Assembly (NCBI RefSeq): GCF_018350175.1
Contig: NC_058369.1
Coordinates: 14,448,001-14,512,000 of the forward strand
Length of the DNA: 64,000 nt
Origin: Felis catus
Lineage: Eukaryota
Direction: 5' to 3'
Positions within the stretch are counted from its first letter, which is position 1. Each line of letters begins with the position of its first letter. The notes below the pieces were generated by a model, which saw nothing but the letters and a program-made list of their open reading frames with translations, made no database searches and was not told the DNA's origin. The translations under genes and the position numbers were made by a program. Below, piece by piece: positions 1-11,300 of the stretch.

Positions 1-1
1 G

Positions 2-79
2 CTCACACTGCCTCCGAGCAGCAGCTTTCTATGTGCGAGGGCTCTTCTCCTTCTTCCAGGGACGCTACAATGAGGCCAA
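2..79 (+). CDS. MAU2: MAU2 coding exon (internal; 5' boundary at the window edge)
   Basis: Frame from nt 3 reads SHCLRAAAFYVRGLFSFFQGRYNEA(K), matching the recalled vertebrate MAU2 C-terminal TPR region. Donor AA|GTGAGT at 80-85, phase 2. Base 1 (G) is probably the last base of the acceptor AG, but this cannot be confirmed. Confidence 0.9.
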
Positions 80-256
80 GTGAGTACCGGGAGAGGACCG
101 GTTGCCCCACGCCCTTCTGTGTTGCTCCCTGACAGTATGTGCCCAAGGCCCTCTATCCCTAAGAAAGGTGGGCTCTGCTCAGGGCCTTGGGGCTGCTGCT
201 GCCTTTTCCTACCGATGAGGCATCCCCATGGGGCTTTAGCATCTGTTTTTGCATAG

Positions 257-368
257 GCGATTTCTTCGAGAAACTCTGAAGATGTCCAACGCAGAGGACC
301 TGAACCGGCTCACAGCCTGCTCCCTGGTGCTTCTGGGCCACATCTTCTATGTGTTGGGGAACCACAGA
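257..368 (+). CDS. MAU2: MAU2 coding exon (112 nt)
   Basis: Acceptor ctgtttttgcatAG at 255-256. Completes the Lys codon, then reads RFLRETLKMSNAEDLNRLTACSLVLLGHIFYVLGNHR. Donor GTGAGT at 369. Confidence 0.96.
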
Positions 369-609
369 GTGAGTGTCCGGGGCTGGGCCAAGAGGCTGGG
401 GGCCGGCACGGTGCTTACGGACTACCACCCAGCAGCACTTTGCATCCTGTGCTCCTCCATGATTTTATCTCAGTAACCCGCCCACTCCCCACTGCTCCAC
501 GAAGCTCTGTGAAGGAAGGGGCACCTTGGCACCATGGGAAGCAGGGCTGGGGGAGCTTTGGATCCCTGAAAGGTGGGTCTGTGAGACAGACGTGCCCAGT
601 GCCATATGC

Positions 610-660
610 AGGCAGTGGTTAAGCAGAGGCAGTGGTTAAGCAGAGGCAGTGGTTAGTCAG
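610..660. repeat. 17-bp tandem repeat x3 (AGGCAGTGGTTAAGCAG)
   Basis: Units at 610-626 and 627-643 are identical; 644-660 has 2 mismatches. Confidence 0.9.
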
Positions 661-2932
661 AGCCCTATGGGCTGTCCAGAGCTGGCAGGGCTGAGGGCAC
701 GTTTCCCTTCTGTATGGTAATACCTGGGGGTGGACATCTCAGCCAGATACCTTAGGCTCTGTTTTGCCTAGGGCACCCCATGTTTTCATTCTTACCTAGA
801 ATGGCCTCCTGGGGACTGGTCCTCAGTGGGATCAGCCAACTCTAAGTGTCTGAGTCAGATGGAGTATCTGGGGTGTACATCGTCACTTCCTCTTACCTGT
901 AGACCTCATGAGGTGATTAGTTTTTTTAAGATAGTATTTGTTCATGTCATCTAACGTGACCTGTTCGTGATAGAAAGTCTGAGAAGCAAAGAAGGAAGTG
1001 ATTGCATGTCTTCTGTGTTCTAGCTGTTTCCAGCTGCCTCTGCCTACGCATATGTTTTGTTTTTTAGGCTGTTTCATAATTTGATATCTTGTCTTTTTCT
1101 GTACCATTGGGTGAGAGTTTTCTTCGCGGCCACAAGAATTTTGAAGCAGCATCTGCTTTGTAGTTTAGTTAGCCTCACTTTAGCTAACACAGGGTATGTG
1201 TCTTGGCCCATAGGGGTTCCTCTGATCAAACCCTAGAGCTCCCTAAGAATGAGCATTTTTAACAACCTTGGCCCATCCCACTCCCCACAATCGTATGACA
1301 AGCACTTGCTGTGGCCCTGCAGCTCAGGTCCTGGTGGCCATGGCCTGAACACTGGGGACGTCACCACCTCCAAAGGAAGAGGACAAGCTTTGGGTTCTCC
1401 CTTCAGAGTGCAACTCTGCTCCATCTTGAATACCCTGTCCGCCTATTCCTCAGCCTCTGAGCACACAGAACAGTGGCTTGGTGTGTGTTTAGGGGCCACG
1501 TGGGGAACAAGTTCAACATGAGGCACTGCTGAGTGTGGGCTGCCCACCTCATGTCTCAGTGTGGTGATTACCCCGGTGTGTGATTACCCCGTTTTCCAGA
1601 TGGGGAGATTAAGGTCACACAGTCCCAAACTGCAGACCCAGGCTTAGAACCAGACCTCACTGGCTCTCATTTGTCTAGAAGTCTCCAGAAGCCACCTTGA
1701 ATGGGGCAGGGTAAGCAAAGCAGCTTTTCAGCTGCAGCTCTGGTTCATGTTTGGGGCAATCCTGGGGCATCTTATAGAACTTTTTTAGGAGCCTCCGCTG
1801 CTCCCTGTGTGTCTGGGCCTATGTGGAGTGACATGGGACCCCCAAGGACCCTTAGACCCAAGCCTGGCTTCAAGTGGCTTCAGGTCTGAAGGAGACACAC
1901 CCAGAAACAGCCAACTCTACCTGGGCCTGCCAGCCTAGAGTGTCCACAGGCATCATGAGTTCGTGAGCAGCTTCACACAGAGTACCTGTCAGAATCACAC
2001 ATTTTCATACCAGATTCTGTGGGGCCACAAGCTGACATGGGGGAGCTTGCCCAGGAGAGCCAACGGGTACTCTCCTTCTGGCAGCTTCCAAACAGAGGCC
2101 CAACCCCAGGCCTAAAGGAATACAGTAGTTTTTTTGTCTTCTGTTGTGCATTCTGAGGTCTTAGAAGGACTTCATTCAGTTTTGAAAAGCTTTGAGACCC
2201 ACCTGAACTTCATCTTTGAGGTACCAACCATGGGACAGTGTGAAGTCATTGGGCTTTTGTGTCTGTAAGGAGGCGTGTCTCACCCGATCATGTCTGTGCT
2301 GAAGCTAGGCTTCAGGAGTTGCTTTTGATGATTTGTAGGTCTCTTGGCTATATGGCAACTGTCTGTCAGCAGCTGTTAGGTAGGGAGTTCTCCCATGTCA
2401 CCTTGAATCCAGCATTCAGGCCAGCAGAGCTTGTGGTCCCTAGGCTGAGGGGGGTCAGAGCAGTGGTACCAGTCATCCTGGGGTCAGGTATGGGTGTGTA
2501 TGGCCCCCTGTCCACTCTCAGCACATGCTGGGCATTGAGGGGGGCGGGGGTGGCGTTGTACAGCCACTCAGTCAGAGTTGGAGAGTTAACATACCCTGGT
2601 GTCCCACAGCCCCGCGTGTCAGGTAGCCTCCCACAAGAGTGGACTTGTATGTAGCAGAGAAACCTCCCTTCCTCCTTTATCCTTTCGGTCCTCATCACTC
2701 CCACCAGAGCGGACTGCTTCCTCCTCCCATGCCCTGGGACCTCTGAATGTGCATTTCTAATCGGCTCCTGATCTGGGTCCAGAGCTGACTGCTGCCAGTG
2801 CCTTTTGTTCTAGTGAGAAAGACAAAAGCATGTAGATTTGTCCATAGTCAACAGTGCCCCAGTGAGGAAGTAGATGCAGAGTTGAAGAGTGAGGGCAGTT
2901 TATTTTTTCCTGAGGTGTCGAAGAGTACTTCA

Positions 2933-3107
2933 TTCTCGGTTAGTTGAGTGTCCAACTCTTGATTGTGACTCAGGTCGTGATCCCAGGGTTGTGGGATTGA
3001 GCCCTGCCTTGGACTATGCGCTGAGCATGGCACCTGCTTGAGATTGCCCCTCTGCCCTTCCCTTTCTCTCTCTCTCTGAAAAAAAAAAAAAAGAAGAAGA
3101 AGAAGAA
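2933..3107 (+). mobile_element. 5'-truncated CanSINE with poly(A)/(GAA)n tail
   Basis: tRNA-derived body, CT-rich segment and A-tail. 13-bp target-site duplication (TSD) GAAGAGTACTTCA at 2920-2932 and 3108-3120. Confidence 0.88.
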
Positions 3108-3279
3108 GAAGAGTACTTCAGAGGTCACTTGAAATGGGCCCTGAAGTAAGAGTAGGAGCTTGCTTGCCAGTCAGCAGGAAGAGGGCACAGCCTGGGCTGG
3201 GGGTGATGGGTGGGTCCTAGGCTGTCCTTGCTGCCGGCCCCAGCCCCCACTCCCTTCCCTGGTTGCTCTTGATCAACAG

Positions 3280-3370
3280 GAGAGTAACAACATGGTGGTG
3301 CCTGCCATGCAGCTGGCTAGCAAGATCCCAGACATGTCCGTGCAGCTGTGGTCATCAGCCCTGCTGAGAG
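3280..3370 (+). CDS. MAU2: MAU2 coding exon (91 nt)
   Basis: Pyrimidine tract plus CAG acceptor at 3277-3279. Reads [30 protein letters not shown] plus one G. Donor GTGAGT at 3371. Phase is compatible with both flanking exons. Confidence 0.96.
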
Positions 3371-4245
3371 GTGAGTACAATAGCCAGCCCTTCCCAGAGA
3401 TCAGGGCCACTGGGGAGAGCCCAAGCCTAGAAGATACCGGGTAAGCCCTGTTTAGCTTCTGCTTAGACTGGGTCTCTACAGGGCACAGCCCCAATTCCAG
3501 CATATACTCAAGCTCCACAGGAGATCCTGTTTGGGGGCAGCAGGTACTGGGCTCAACACAGGATCGGTTCAGTCTCTCCATAAAGCCATTTCTTGGAGTC
3601 TGGGTGAAGAATCGGGCTGTAAGCCCTACCCCTCATTCTTGGTTTCCTTCCCCCTGAATGGCTGTGTCAGTCGTCCGTCAGACAGTACTGGCCAGGGTGC
3701 TCTGGGTGCCCAGTGGGCTCTCAGCAGCCATCAGCGTTGTTACTGCTGCTCCCCTGTTTACAGATTGTGCTATTAAAGTCCAGAGACTCACCCAGGGCCC
3801 CCTGGAAGAGACAGAGGATGAGCTGCTCCTGTCTGCAGTGGGCTCTGTGGGCCTATTCAGTCCTCCTGCCTCAGAAGTGGGTGTTGGGTTCCCTGCTCTA
3901 GTGAGTTCCTGTGTGCCTGAGGGTTGGCCACGCCCTCCCCGGGAGGCCCAATATCCACAGAGAGCCTTAAGAGCTTTCACTGCCCAACCAGTCCTTGTGT
4001 CTGTCCATGTGGGCCACACTGCTCACCCACCTCCAAGAACATGACTCAGGAACTCAGAAGGGCATGTGTGAAGACTGTTGGCAGGTGGGCTTGTGGATCC
4101 CGAGACAGGGCTCAGGACAGGTGACCTGCCAGGTACATAGGAACCTACTGGTTTGACCTTAAGGCTCTACCCACACCCAAAGGGAGGACATGGGGGTGGT
4201 GACAGGGCAAGATGAATCTACCCTGTGTGTGTGTCCCACTCTTAG

Positions 4246-4373
4246 ACCTGAACAAGGCCTGTGGGAATGCCATAGACGCCCATGAAGCAGCCCAGATGCA
4301 TCAGAACTTCTCGCAGCAGCTGCTCCAGGACCACATTGAGGCCTGCAGTCTCCCTGAACACAACCTCATCACG
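4246..4373 (+). CDS. MAU2: MAU2 penultimate coding exon (128 nt; missed by the ORF track)
   Basis: Acceptor cccactcttAG at 4244-4245. G|AC gives Asp, then LNKACGNAIDAHEAAQMHQNFSQQLLQDHIEACSLPEHNLIT. Donor GTATAG at 4374. Confidence 0.95.
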
Positions 4374-4741
4374 GTATAGGCACTGGGTTTGGGGGGGCAA
4401 GATGGGGGTGCTGGTTGGCTCCTCGGGTCCTACTTACCCGGCCTGAAGCACCCAGGGGGCTTGTTCCCTGAGGAGGGACGTACACGCTTGGCTGCCATCT
4501 CCTTGCACGTCTCCCAATAATCCCTAACTCAGCCTCACCTCAGGAGCCCCCTCAGATCGGGAAGACAGCACCAGTCACCCAAGTGGGTGATGTAGGGTGC
4601 TTCCCAGGGGCTCCGCTGACTCACGTGTGGAGGACAGAGGGCCCTGGCTGGGCGACCAGCCCAAAGAGGGCAGCAGTCCAGGGCAGACACGCAGCCCATT
4701 ACACCCCTGCTCCTCGCCCGTGTGTTCTCTCCTCTCTGCAG

Positions 4742-4816
4742 TGGACGGATGGCCCACCTCCCGTGCAGTTCCAAGCTCAGAATGGACCCAATACGAGCCT
4801 GGCCAGCCTCCTGTGA
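4742..4816 (+). CDS. MAU2: MAU2 terminal coding exon, coding part
   Basis: Long pyrimidine tract plus CAG acceptor (AG at 4740-4741). Reads WTDGPPPVQFQAQNGPNTSLASLL followed by TGA at 4814-4816, matching the recalled MAU2 C-terminus. Confidence 0.96.
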   Translation, partial: WTDGPPPVQFQAQNGPNTSLASLL

Positions 4817-7690
4817 GGCTCCTGAAGGGAGCCACCCAGCTTCTCGGGGACTCTGTGGGGTCCAGTGTGTCCCCTACTTCCTTCCAGATGGCACTTGAGC
4901 TTTCCTTGGAGGTGTGCTGGAGTGTGTGTCCCCAGGCTTCCTTCCTGACTGTCTCCAGAGCTTCCAAGTCCCTATGGAGTGTGCGGTGCTGATTCCGCCC
5001 TCCCAGGAAGGGCTGGCCAGCCATTCCCACCGTGTAACAAGACCCCCAGTGCTGAGGCTTGCAGGTGGGATATTGGAGCCAACTTTCCAGAGCCATCTTT
5101 TAAAGTGGACTTGAATTGCCAGTTCTGCTTCCACGTCTGAGTCACGCCTTTAAGGGAACGTGTCTGGGCAGGGGACTGGGGTACCAGTTGCCAGGGTGGG
5201 TGGTACCACTGGTGCATTGCCACATGACTTCCATCGCCTGGGCCTCCGTGCCTGGCTGGAGTGTTTCCTCTGCTCACAGCAACTTCCAGAGCCCAGAGGC
5301 AAAACGCCAGTTTCTGCCCCAAAATTGGAGGGAAGAAGTAATGGCATGTGTCAGGGACAAAAAATGCACATCCCACCATGACACTTTTCCCAGCTTGCCT
5401 TTCTGTCCAGTGTCCTCTCCGCCCCCATCTGACAGCCAGGGCCTCTGATCGGGAACCCTGGGGGACCCAGGAGCTCGGCTTCCAAACATCTGTACCTTGA
5501 CTGGATTCAGTGTCCAGCCATGGAGGTGCACATTCTTGTAGACACGGGTGTGCATGTGTGTGTGTGTGTGTGTGTGCGTGTGTGGTGATTCACAGAGCTG
5601 GAGCTGGGGGCTGAGACTCTTAATGTGTGCATCAGCTACCTTCCCCCGTCAGCATCCATGCTGCTGAGCAGGAAGCAGAGGAGAAGGAAGGGGACCCTCC
5701 TTAGCCCACCTCAGGGTGCCCGAAGGAAGAAGGGCCTTGCTTCCTGGAAGCTCTGTGGTGTCCGCAGAGGCCTGGAGCTCAGCTGGCAAGCAGACAGCGG
5801 TTCCCCTGGTCCCTCGCCCTGCTTTCAGGAGGGAGGATGAGGTGACCTGCCTGCCTTGGGTCTTGGGACAGCATTGAAACCTCTTCCTGAGCTGGACCCC
5901 AGGAGGCTCTGCCAGGCTCAGACAACCGTGCTCAGTTCTGTGCTCCTCTTGGATAGTCGAGGAGGTACCCCAGCAGTGATGGTGGCATTGGGGGCAGTCG
6001 AGGTAGCCACCTCCTCCACCTTCCGGTGCCTGGAAGCGGTGCCTCGAAGCGTCTCCCCAGAGGAATGGTGAGTGGTCTTGCTAGTCAGGGTGGCTTGTTA
6101 GTTTGCATCTTGTTACCCTTGCACTGTGAGGGCTGCTTCTCGAAGCCTCAGTGTCTGACAGAAGGAACACTGGGATCACTCAGGTCAGCTGCTCAGGCCC
6201 TGAGGCCTGGGTGTGCCTTAGCCACAAGCAGGGCTGTCAGCAGACCTCCCTGCGCTGGGCCACTGCCCTTACCAGGCCAGCATCAGGCCCTTGCTGCCCA
6301 CGTGGGAAGCCAGTGACAGGCGTGCAAAGTAAACTGCTGATTGGAGGCATGGGCTGGCCGGGACTTGTCCTATAAGGACCCACCATCTCTGTGGCATCCT
6401 GGATCACTCAGGAGAGCCTAGCACTGTCCCATGCTGCTCAGGGCCCCCTTTTTGGCTGACCCTCCCGGGCCCATGAGGCCTACAAAAGAGGGTATGACAT
6501 GTGGCCACAAGTTGTCCTGTCCTGTCTTCCTCCCCCCTCAAGGGTACCCTCTAGGCCCTCCCCTCCACCCAAGGGACAGAGCCCCCTCTTACCATGAGCT
6601 GCCCCTGTTGGCCTGGACCCCGCACTGTATGACCTCTCCAGACCCTCATTACTTCTTCAATCACACTGTACGTGTTTGTCTCTTCATATTTATTTAAGCC
6701 TTTCTTTGCTTCTAGGGCATTTTTTTATGTAGAGCAGTTGAAATAAGAACCTCAAAACTTAACATCTGTTCTGATGTTAAAGTATGTTTAATGACCACCC
6801 TGTTATCTATGTTCATGTAAAGTTAAGGATAAGTTTTTATGTTTACAGCTAAGAATTCAGTACTTCATGTTTAATATTCCACTCTAGCTTTATGGAAGCC
6901 AGACTGCGTGTACATGCATTTATGCGCGTGCAAGCTTTGAACTTTCCCTTTGCTGTAGCATCTTTTGGTTACATAAAGCTGTCATAGTACTTTCTTGTGA
7001 ATCCGAATTGAGTGCCTCTCAGTTTTTCACTCAATCATAAGAATTTAAGACAGGCAGCAAGTGATCACCCAGGGAGAACTTACACACTCATAGCTAAGTA
7101 TTCAGAAAAAATAGATAAGTGAAAAGTCCCAAGCCTTTCCGTGCACAGCGGTGCGAGGGAGGGAGCAGCAGAAAGATTCCTGTTGGCAGGTAAATTACTG
7201 AAAGCTGGCCAGACTCTTGTGTGCCCCTTCCACTCCCTCCTGTGGTCCTCAGGGTCTGGGGGCTGGTCCAGGAGATGCTGGGTTCCGGGTACACACGCTG
7301 CTGCCTCCCCACTGCTGGGTCTTTGCAGTCACCCATGGGTGAAGCGAGGGTCCTCTCCCTGGGGTAAGAACTCCACCCCACTTATTGGGAACACTGGCAA
7401 GGAAATCAGATAAGGGCTGCCTGGTGCAGTGGGTCGCATTTGTTGATTGCATTGTCTCTGTTCTGTTAAGGGTTTTTAAGAAGTATGTTTGGCATAATGT
7501 CTTTTAATGGGTTTGTAATATCTTCTGGTTTTAGCAGCCTGTAACTTCAGCTGGTGCTTTTAATCAGGAAAAAAGTTTTTGTAAATACAAAACATTGTTT
7601 AAAAGACGTAACCATAGAACATAGCTTCCCGTTTTTGGATTTCTTTTCCTATATATTCAAAGTAAAATAATTTGCAGGAGCCATCACTTG
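4817..7690 (+). other. MAU2: MAU2 3' UTR (3' end approximate)
   Basis: Follows the stop codon and is free of SINEs. It has AU-rich blocks at about 6680-7050 and 7440-7675 and ends at a variant poly(A) hexamer followed by a GU/U-rich element. Confidence 0.6.
5555..5585. repeat. (TG)n microsatellite in the MAU2 3' UTR
   Basis: Directly visible TG run with one GC interruption. Confidence 0.9.
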
Positions 7691-7725
7691 CTTTGTCTTT
7701 GTCGTGTTATCTGTCCCTTGTGTGC
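7661..7725 (+). terminator. Candidate MAU2 polyadenylation signal (variant AGTAAA) with downstream GU-rich element
   Basis: AGTAAA at 7661-7666 at the end of an AU-rich block, then cttgctttgtctttgtcgtgttatctgt about 20-45 nt downstream. Confidence 0.5.
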
Positions 7726-8039
7726 ACTACTCCAGAGATGGGCTCTCACCCTCTGGCCGGGCTAGCAGGGCCACTAGATGAGTGGGCATCGGGGAGTTCT
7801 GCTAACCAACAGGACCTAGTGGAAACCTGAGTCTTCTCTTCTACCGATGATGTTCCTCCAGAACAGCCCCACCTGGAGGAGAGGGGACCCCATAGACATC
7901 AAACATTTGGTCCACAGCGCTGCCTGTGCCTCCCTGGCTCTTACCACAGACGCACTTGCTTATTCACCTAGTGTCCTATTTCCTGTGTTCTTAGAAAACA
8001 CAGGGTTTGGGATTGGTTTTTGTTTTTCAATTTTTCTTC

Positions 8040-8540
8040 TCTTTTTTGACATGAAAGTCACATAAAATTAGCCATTTAATGTGTACGATTCAATGGCACT
8101 AAGTACATTCACGGTGTTGTACAACCAACACTTGTCTAGTTCAAGAACATTTTTATCCCCTCAAAAGGAAATACTGTCCCCATTAACTCTCAATCCCATT
8201 CCCCCTCCCCCAACCCCTGGCAGCCACTAATCTGCTTTCTGTCTCTGGATTTGCCTGTTCTGGACATTTCATATAAATGGGATCATACACGTGGCCTTTT
8301 GTGTCTGGCTTCTTCCACCCAACGTATCTTCAAGGTTCGTCCACATTGTAGCATGAACCAGAATTTCATTCCTTAAAGCTGAATAATATTCCACTGTATG
8401 GATGGACCAGTTTGTTTATCCATTCGTCCGTCGATAGGTGTTTGGGTTGCTTCTTCCTTGTGGCTCTTGTGAGGAGTGCTGCTGTTGTGGATGTCCCCTA
8501 CACATTTTTGTTTGAACATGTGTTTTTGATTTTCTTGGGT
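8040..8540 (-). mobile_element. Ancient LINE-1 (L1MB-like) 3'-end fragment
   Basis: Characteristic antisense L1M 3' UTR text: ccccaacccctggcagccactaatctgctttctgtctct...ggacatttcatataaatgggatcatac...gctgaataatattcca. Confidence 0.85.
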
Positions 8541-11167
8541 CGTGTCTTGTTCTTAACATGCAGGGATGGTGCCTGGCTGCCACCCACACTGTGTCAAGGC
8601 CCTCGTGTTGGTCTCATCACTATGCCCCACAGTAACGCCAAGGTGGTCTCAACTGCTCGCTCCTAGGAGCATGTCTGAGCTTTCTTTTGGGCCATGGTCC
8701 CAAGGCAGGACCACGGGCCACTAGGTGTGTCAGCGACTCCACACAGCCCTGCCAGGAAGAACTCCCCACTGCAGCACGGTGGCCCCACCACCCCCATTGT
8801 TGACGCCTGCCCCCCTCTGCTCCATCCCCAACAACCCAGCCATAAATGGCTTTGTCACTTGGGGTGGACTCTGCCTGCCCTATCGTTGGCTTGGATGTCG
8901 TTTTTTTCCACCTTGAGCCTCCCAGCCTCTCTGCAGGAATCACAGCCTGAGCCCACCCAACCAGAGCACAGCCACAAATCCACCAGGTGACAAAACTACC
9001 CGCCAGCAGACACGTGGCCACCAGCTGGGAGTGAATCACATGCGACTAGTAAGCCGGTCCCAAGATGGCCACTGTTTCACAGGAAGTAGGCTCATCTGGG
9101 TGCTGCAGCACAACGCCCTGGTTGAATAAACCACTTCCCAGAGAATTTTCCCCAAATTGCCAGATAACGATGAACAAAGAATGGCTGCTGGAGTCCTAGA
9201 TTTGGGGGGAACCTCTCAGGTAAAGCCAGGCAGGCTCCCGTCAGCAAAACTGGTCAGCACAAACGGACACGGTATGGAGAAGCTCTGCGGGGGTGAAGGA
9301 CACACTTGGGACGTGGATGACCGACATACCCAGCAAGCGGTCACGGGAGGAGGGGGAGGACGGGAGTGGGCCTCACAGAGGCCAGCGGATGGCGAGGGCA
9401 GCTGGCCCAAGCACTGAGTGGCCAGGGTAAGGGGTCACTAGTTGTCCTTCCACACACACCCCGGTCCTCAGACATCCTGTCTGTCACTCCACCCTTTCCT
9501 GGCCATCTCCACCGCCCCTCCCCAAGTCACAGTCACATCTCCCACCTGGATATTGTCCAGCCTCCTCCCTGAATGATCCTGGAACATTCTGCGCTTGCTC
9601 CCACCTGTCTCCATGCCAGGGGGACTCTCCCTGTGGCTGCTCCGCTCAGCAGCCCGGCATCAGCCAGGAATGTCCCAGTTCGGGCCCGGCACATGTCAGC
9701 AAGTCCACAGGACAGCCCCAGAGGAAGAGCACAGGCAGGACTGGCAGGTGCCACTGTGGACACCTGCCTACGTTGTCTGTGGGTGTCAGCATGCTCCGTC
9801 CCTGTGCCTGGGTCGCCCCCACCCCCCAGAAATGCCAACAGGACCCTACTATACGGCAGGGGGGTATGAACTTCACACCCCCAGGCCAATGCACACTGGG
9901 GGTTCTGGGAATTGAAACGTTCACGGTGTATGTTGGCTTCCCCCTTGGACCTAGCTGAGTGTGTCAGGTTGACGTTTCCCCACAAAGAAGGCTCTTCAAG
10001 GAGAGGCAGGCAGCCCTGCGTCTATGGTCCCGTCTGTCCAGCATCTGACATGGCTTCCTTGATTTGAACGATGTTGGTAAACCCCAGTCAGCTCAAAGTT
10101 GTCGACTGGATACAAGAGGCCAAAGTGCTACTGGGGTCAGAGGAGGGTGGGCTGTCCACTCCACCTGGGTCAAGGGACGGGCTGGGGGGTGAGGGAGCTC
10201 CACTCCCTCATCCCCCATCCCCTCTAAGTGCTGCTTCCGGGCCCCAGAGGGCCAGGGGAAGGGGAGGAGGAGCATTGCCGAAGAGTTTAAAGGCTTTTTC
10301 ACCCCAAAGTCATGCTCACAAAGTGAGCCTACAACGCAATTGGACGGGAAAATTCCGTGTTATTTTGACTTCCTTACTACCTTTGATATTTTGGGTACTT
10401 TTTTCAAGGATCAGAAAAGAGTTCAAAAGACTATTGTAGCGTTGCTGTGTGAGAAATACAAGACTCCCAGTACATTAACAGTTGCTACAAGGAACGTCAT
10501 TTTTTTAAAATCACAGTGTTCTTACGCTAGATTAGGAGTTTGTGAGCGAGAGAGCACCGTCTCCCCCATCCCCGTCTCAGACACGCTGAAAAGCTGTCCG
10601 AAACACAGCTCTCTAGAGACGGGCCACTTCGTCAGCGTGTGTTTGTTTTGCTTTGAGTGTCCTTCCTAACCACGAATCCGTATACGTAGCATCTGTGCAA
10701 CATGGAATCCAAGCTCCGTGTGCATCCATGGAATCAGGCAGACTCGGTCCAGAGCGAGTGTGTGGTCCCGAACAAGTTCTGCTGCCGTAGAGCTCTGCTC
10801 GCACATGCTCCCCTAAAGGGTTAAGTACAAACTGCTCAGAAGTATCACTTTGAACCGGAAGTGTATCTCCCACTCTGTCTTCATCTGCATGTGTCACCAG
10901 TTGCTGTGGGCAGCTCGGGCTGCTCCATCCTCTGCCACCAGGGGCATGGCGGCCTGAGCAGTGTTCCCACCTGGTAGGGCCGACTGGAGTCCGGCTGCAG
11001 CTGGGAAGGATGGGCTGGAGGTTACCAGTCCCCGGCGAGGCCAGGCCTTGTCCTCGTTTGCGGGGATGTGGAATAGCCTCCCCCACAGGGGCTCTCAGTT
11101 CCTCTCCTGTATCCTGTGGGATCGGGGATGCTGACCCCCAGGGTTCTCCAGGTATTAGGGCTACACC

Positions 11168-11300
11168 ATTCCCTCATTTACTTGCCAAACATTTATTTGG
11201 TATCTACTCGCTGCCGGGTGCTGGGGCCACAGCAGGAGCCATATCAGGCAAAGTCCCTGTCCTCAGGGAGTGGCCATTCTGCCAGGAGTCTGACAATGGG
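11168..11300 (-). mobile_element. LINE-2 3'-end remnant
   Basis: cattccctcatttacttgccaaacatttatttggtatctactcgctgccgggtgctgg resembles the antisense L2 tail; very degenerate. Confidence 0.5.

Noticed and set aside
3277..3282. Tandem acceptor CAG-GAG (NAGNAG) at a MAU2 exon
   Set aside because: GAG is a very poor acceptor next to a proximal CAG, and the proximal site gives the expected protein.
10932..10950. CTCF-like CCACCAGGGGCA
   Set aside because: It is one G short of the core register (CCACCAGGGGGCG), so the match is not convincing without a PWM scan.
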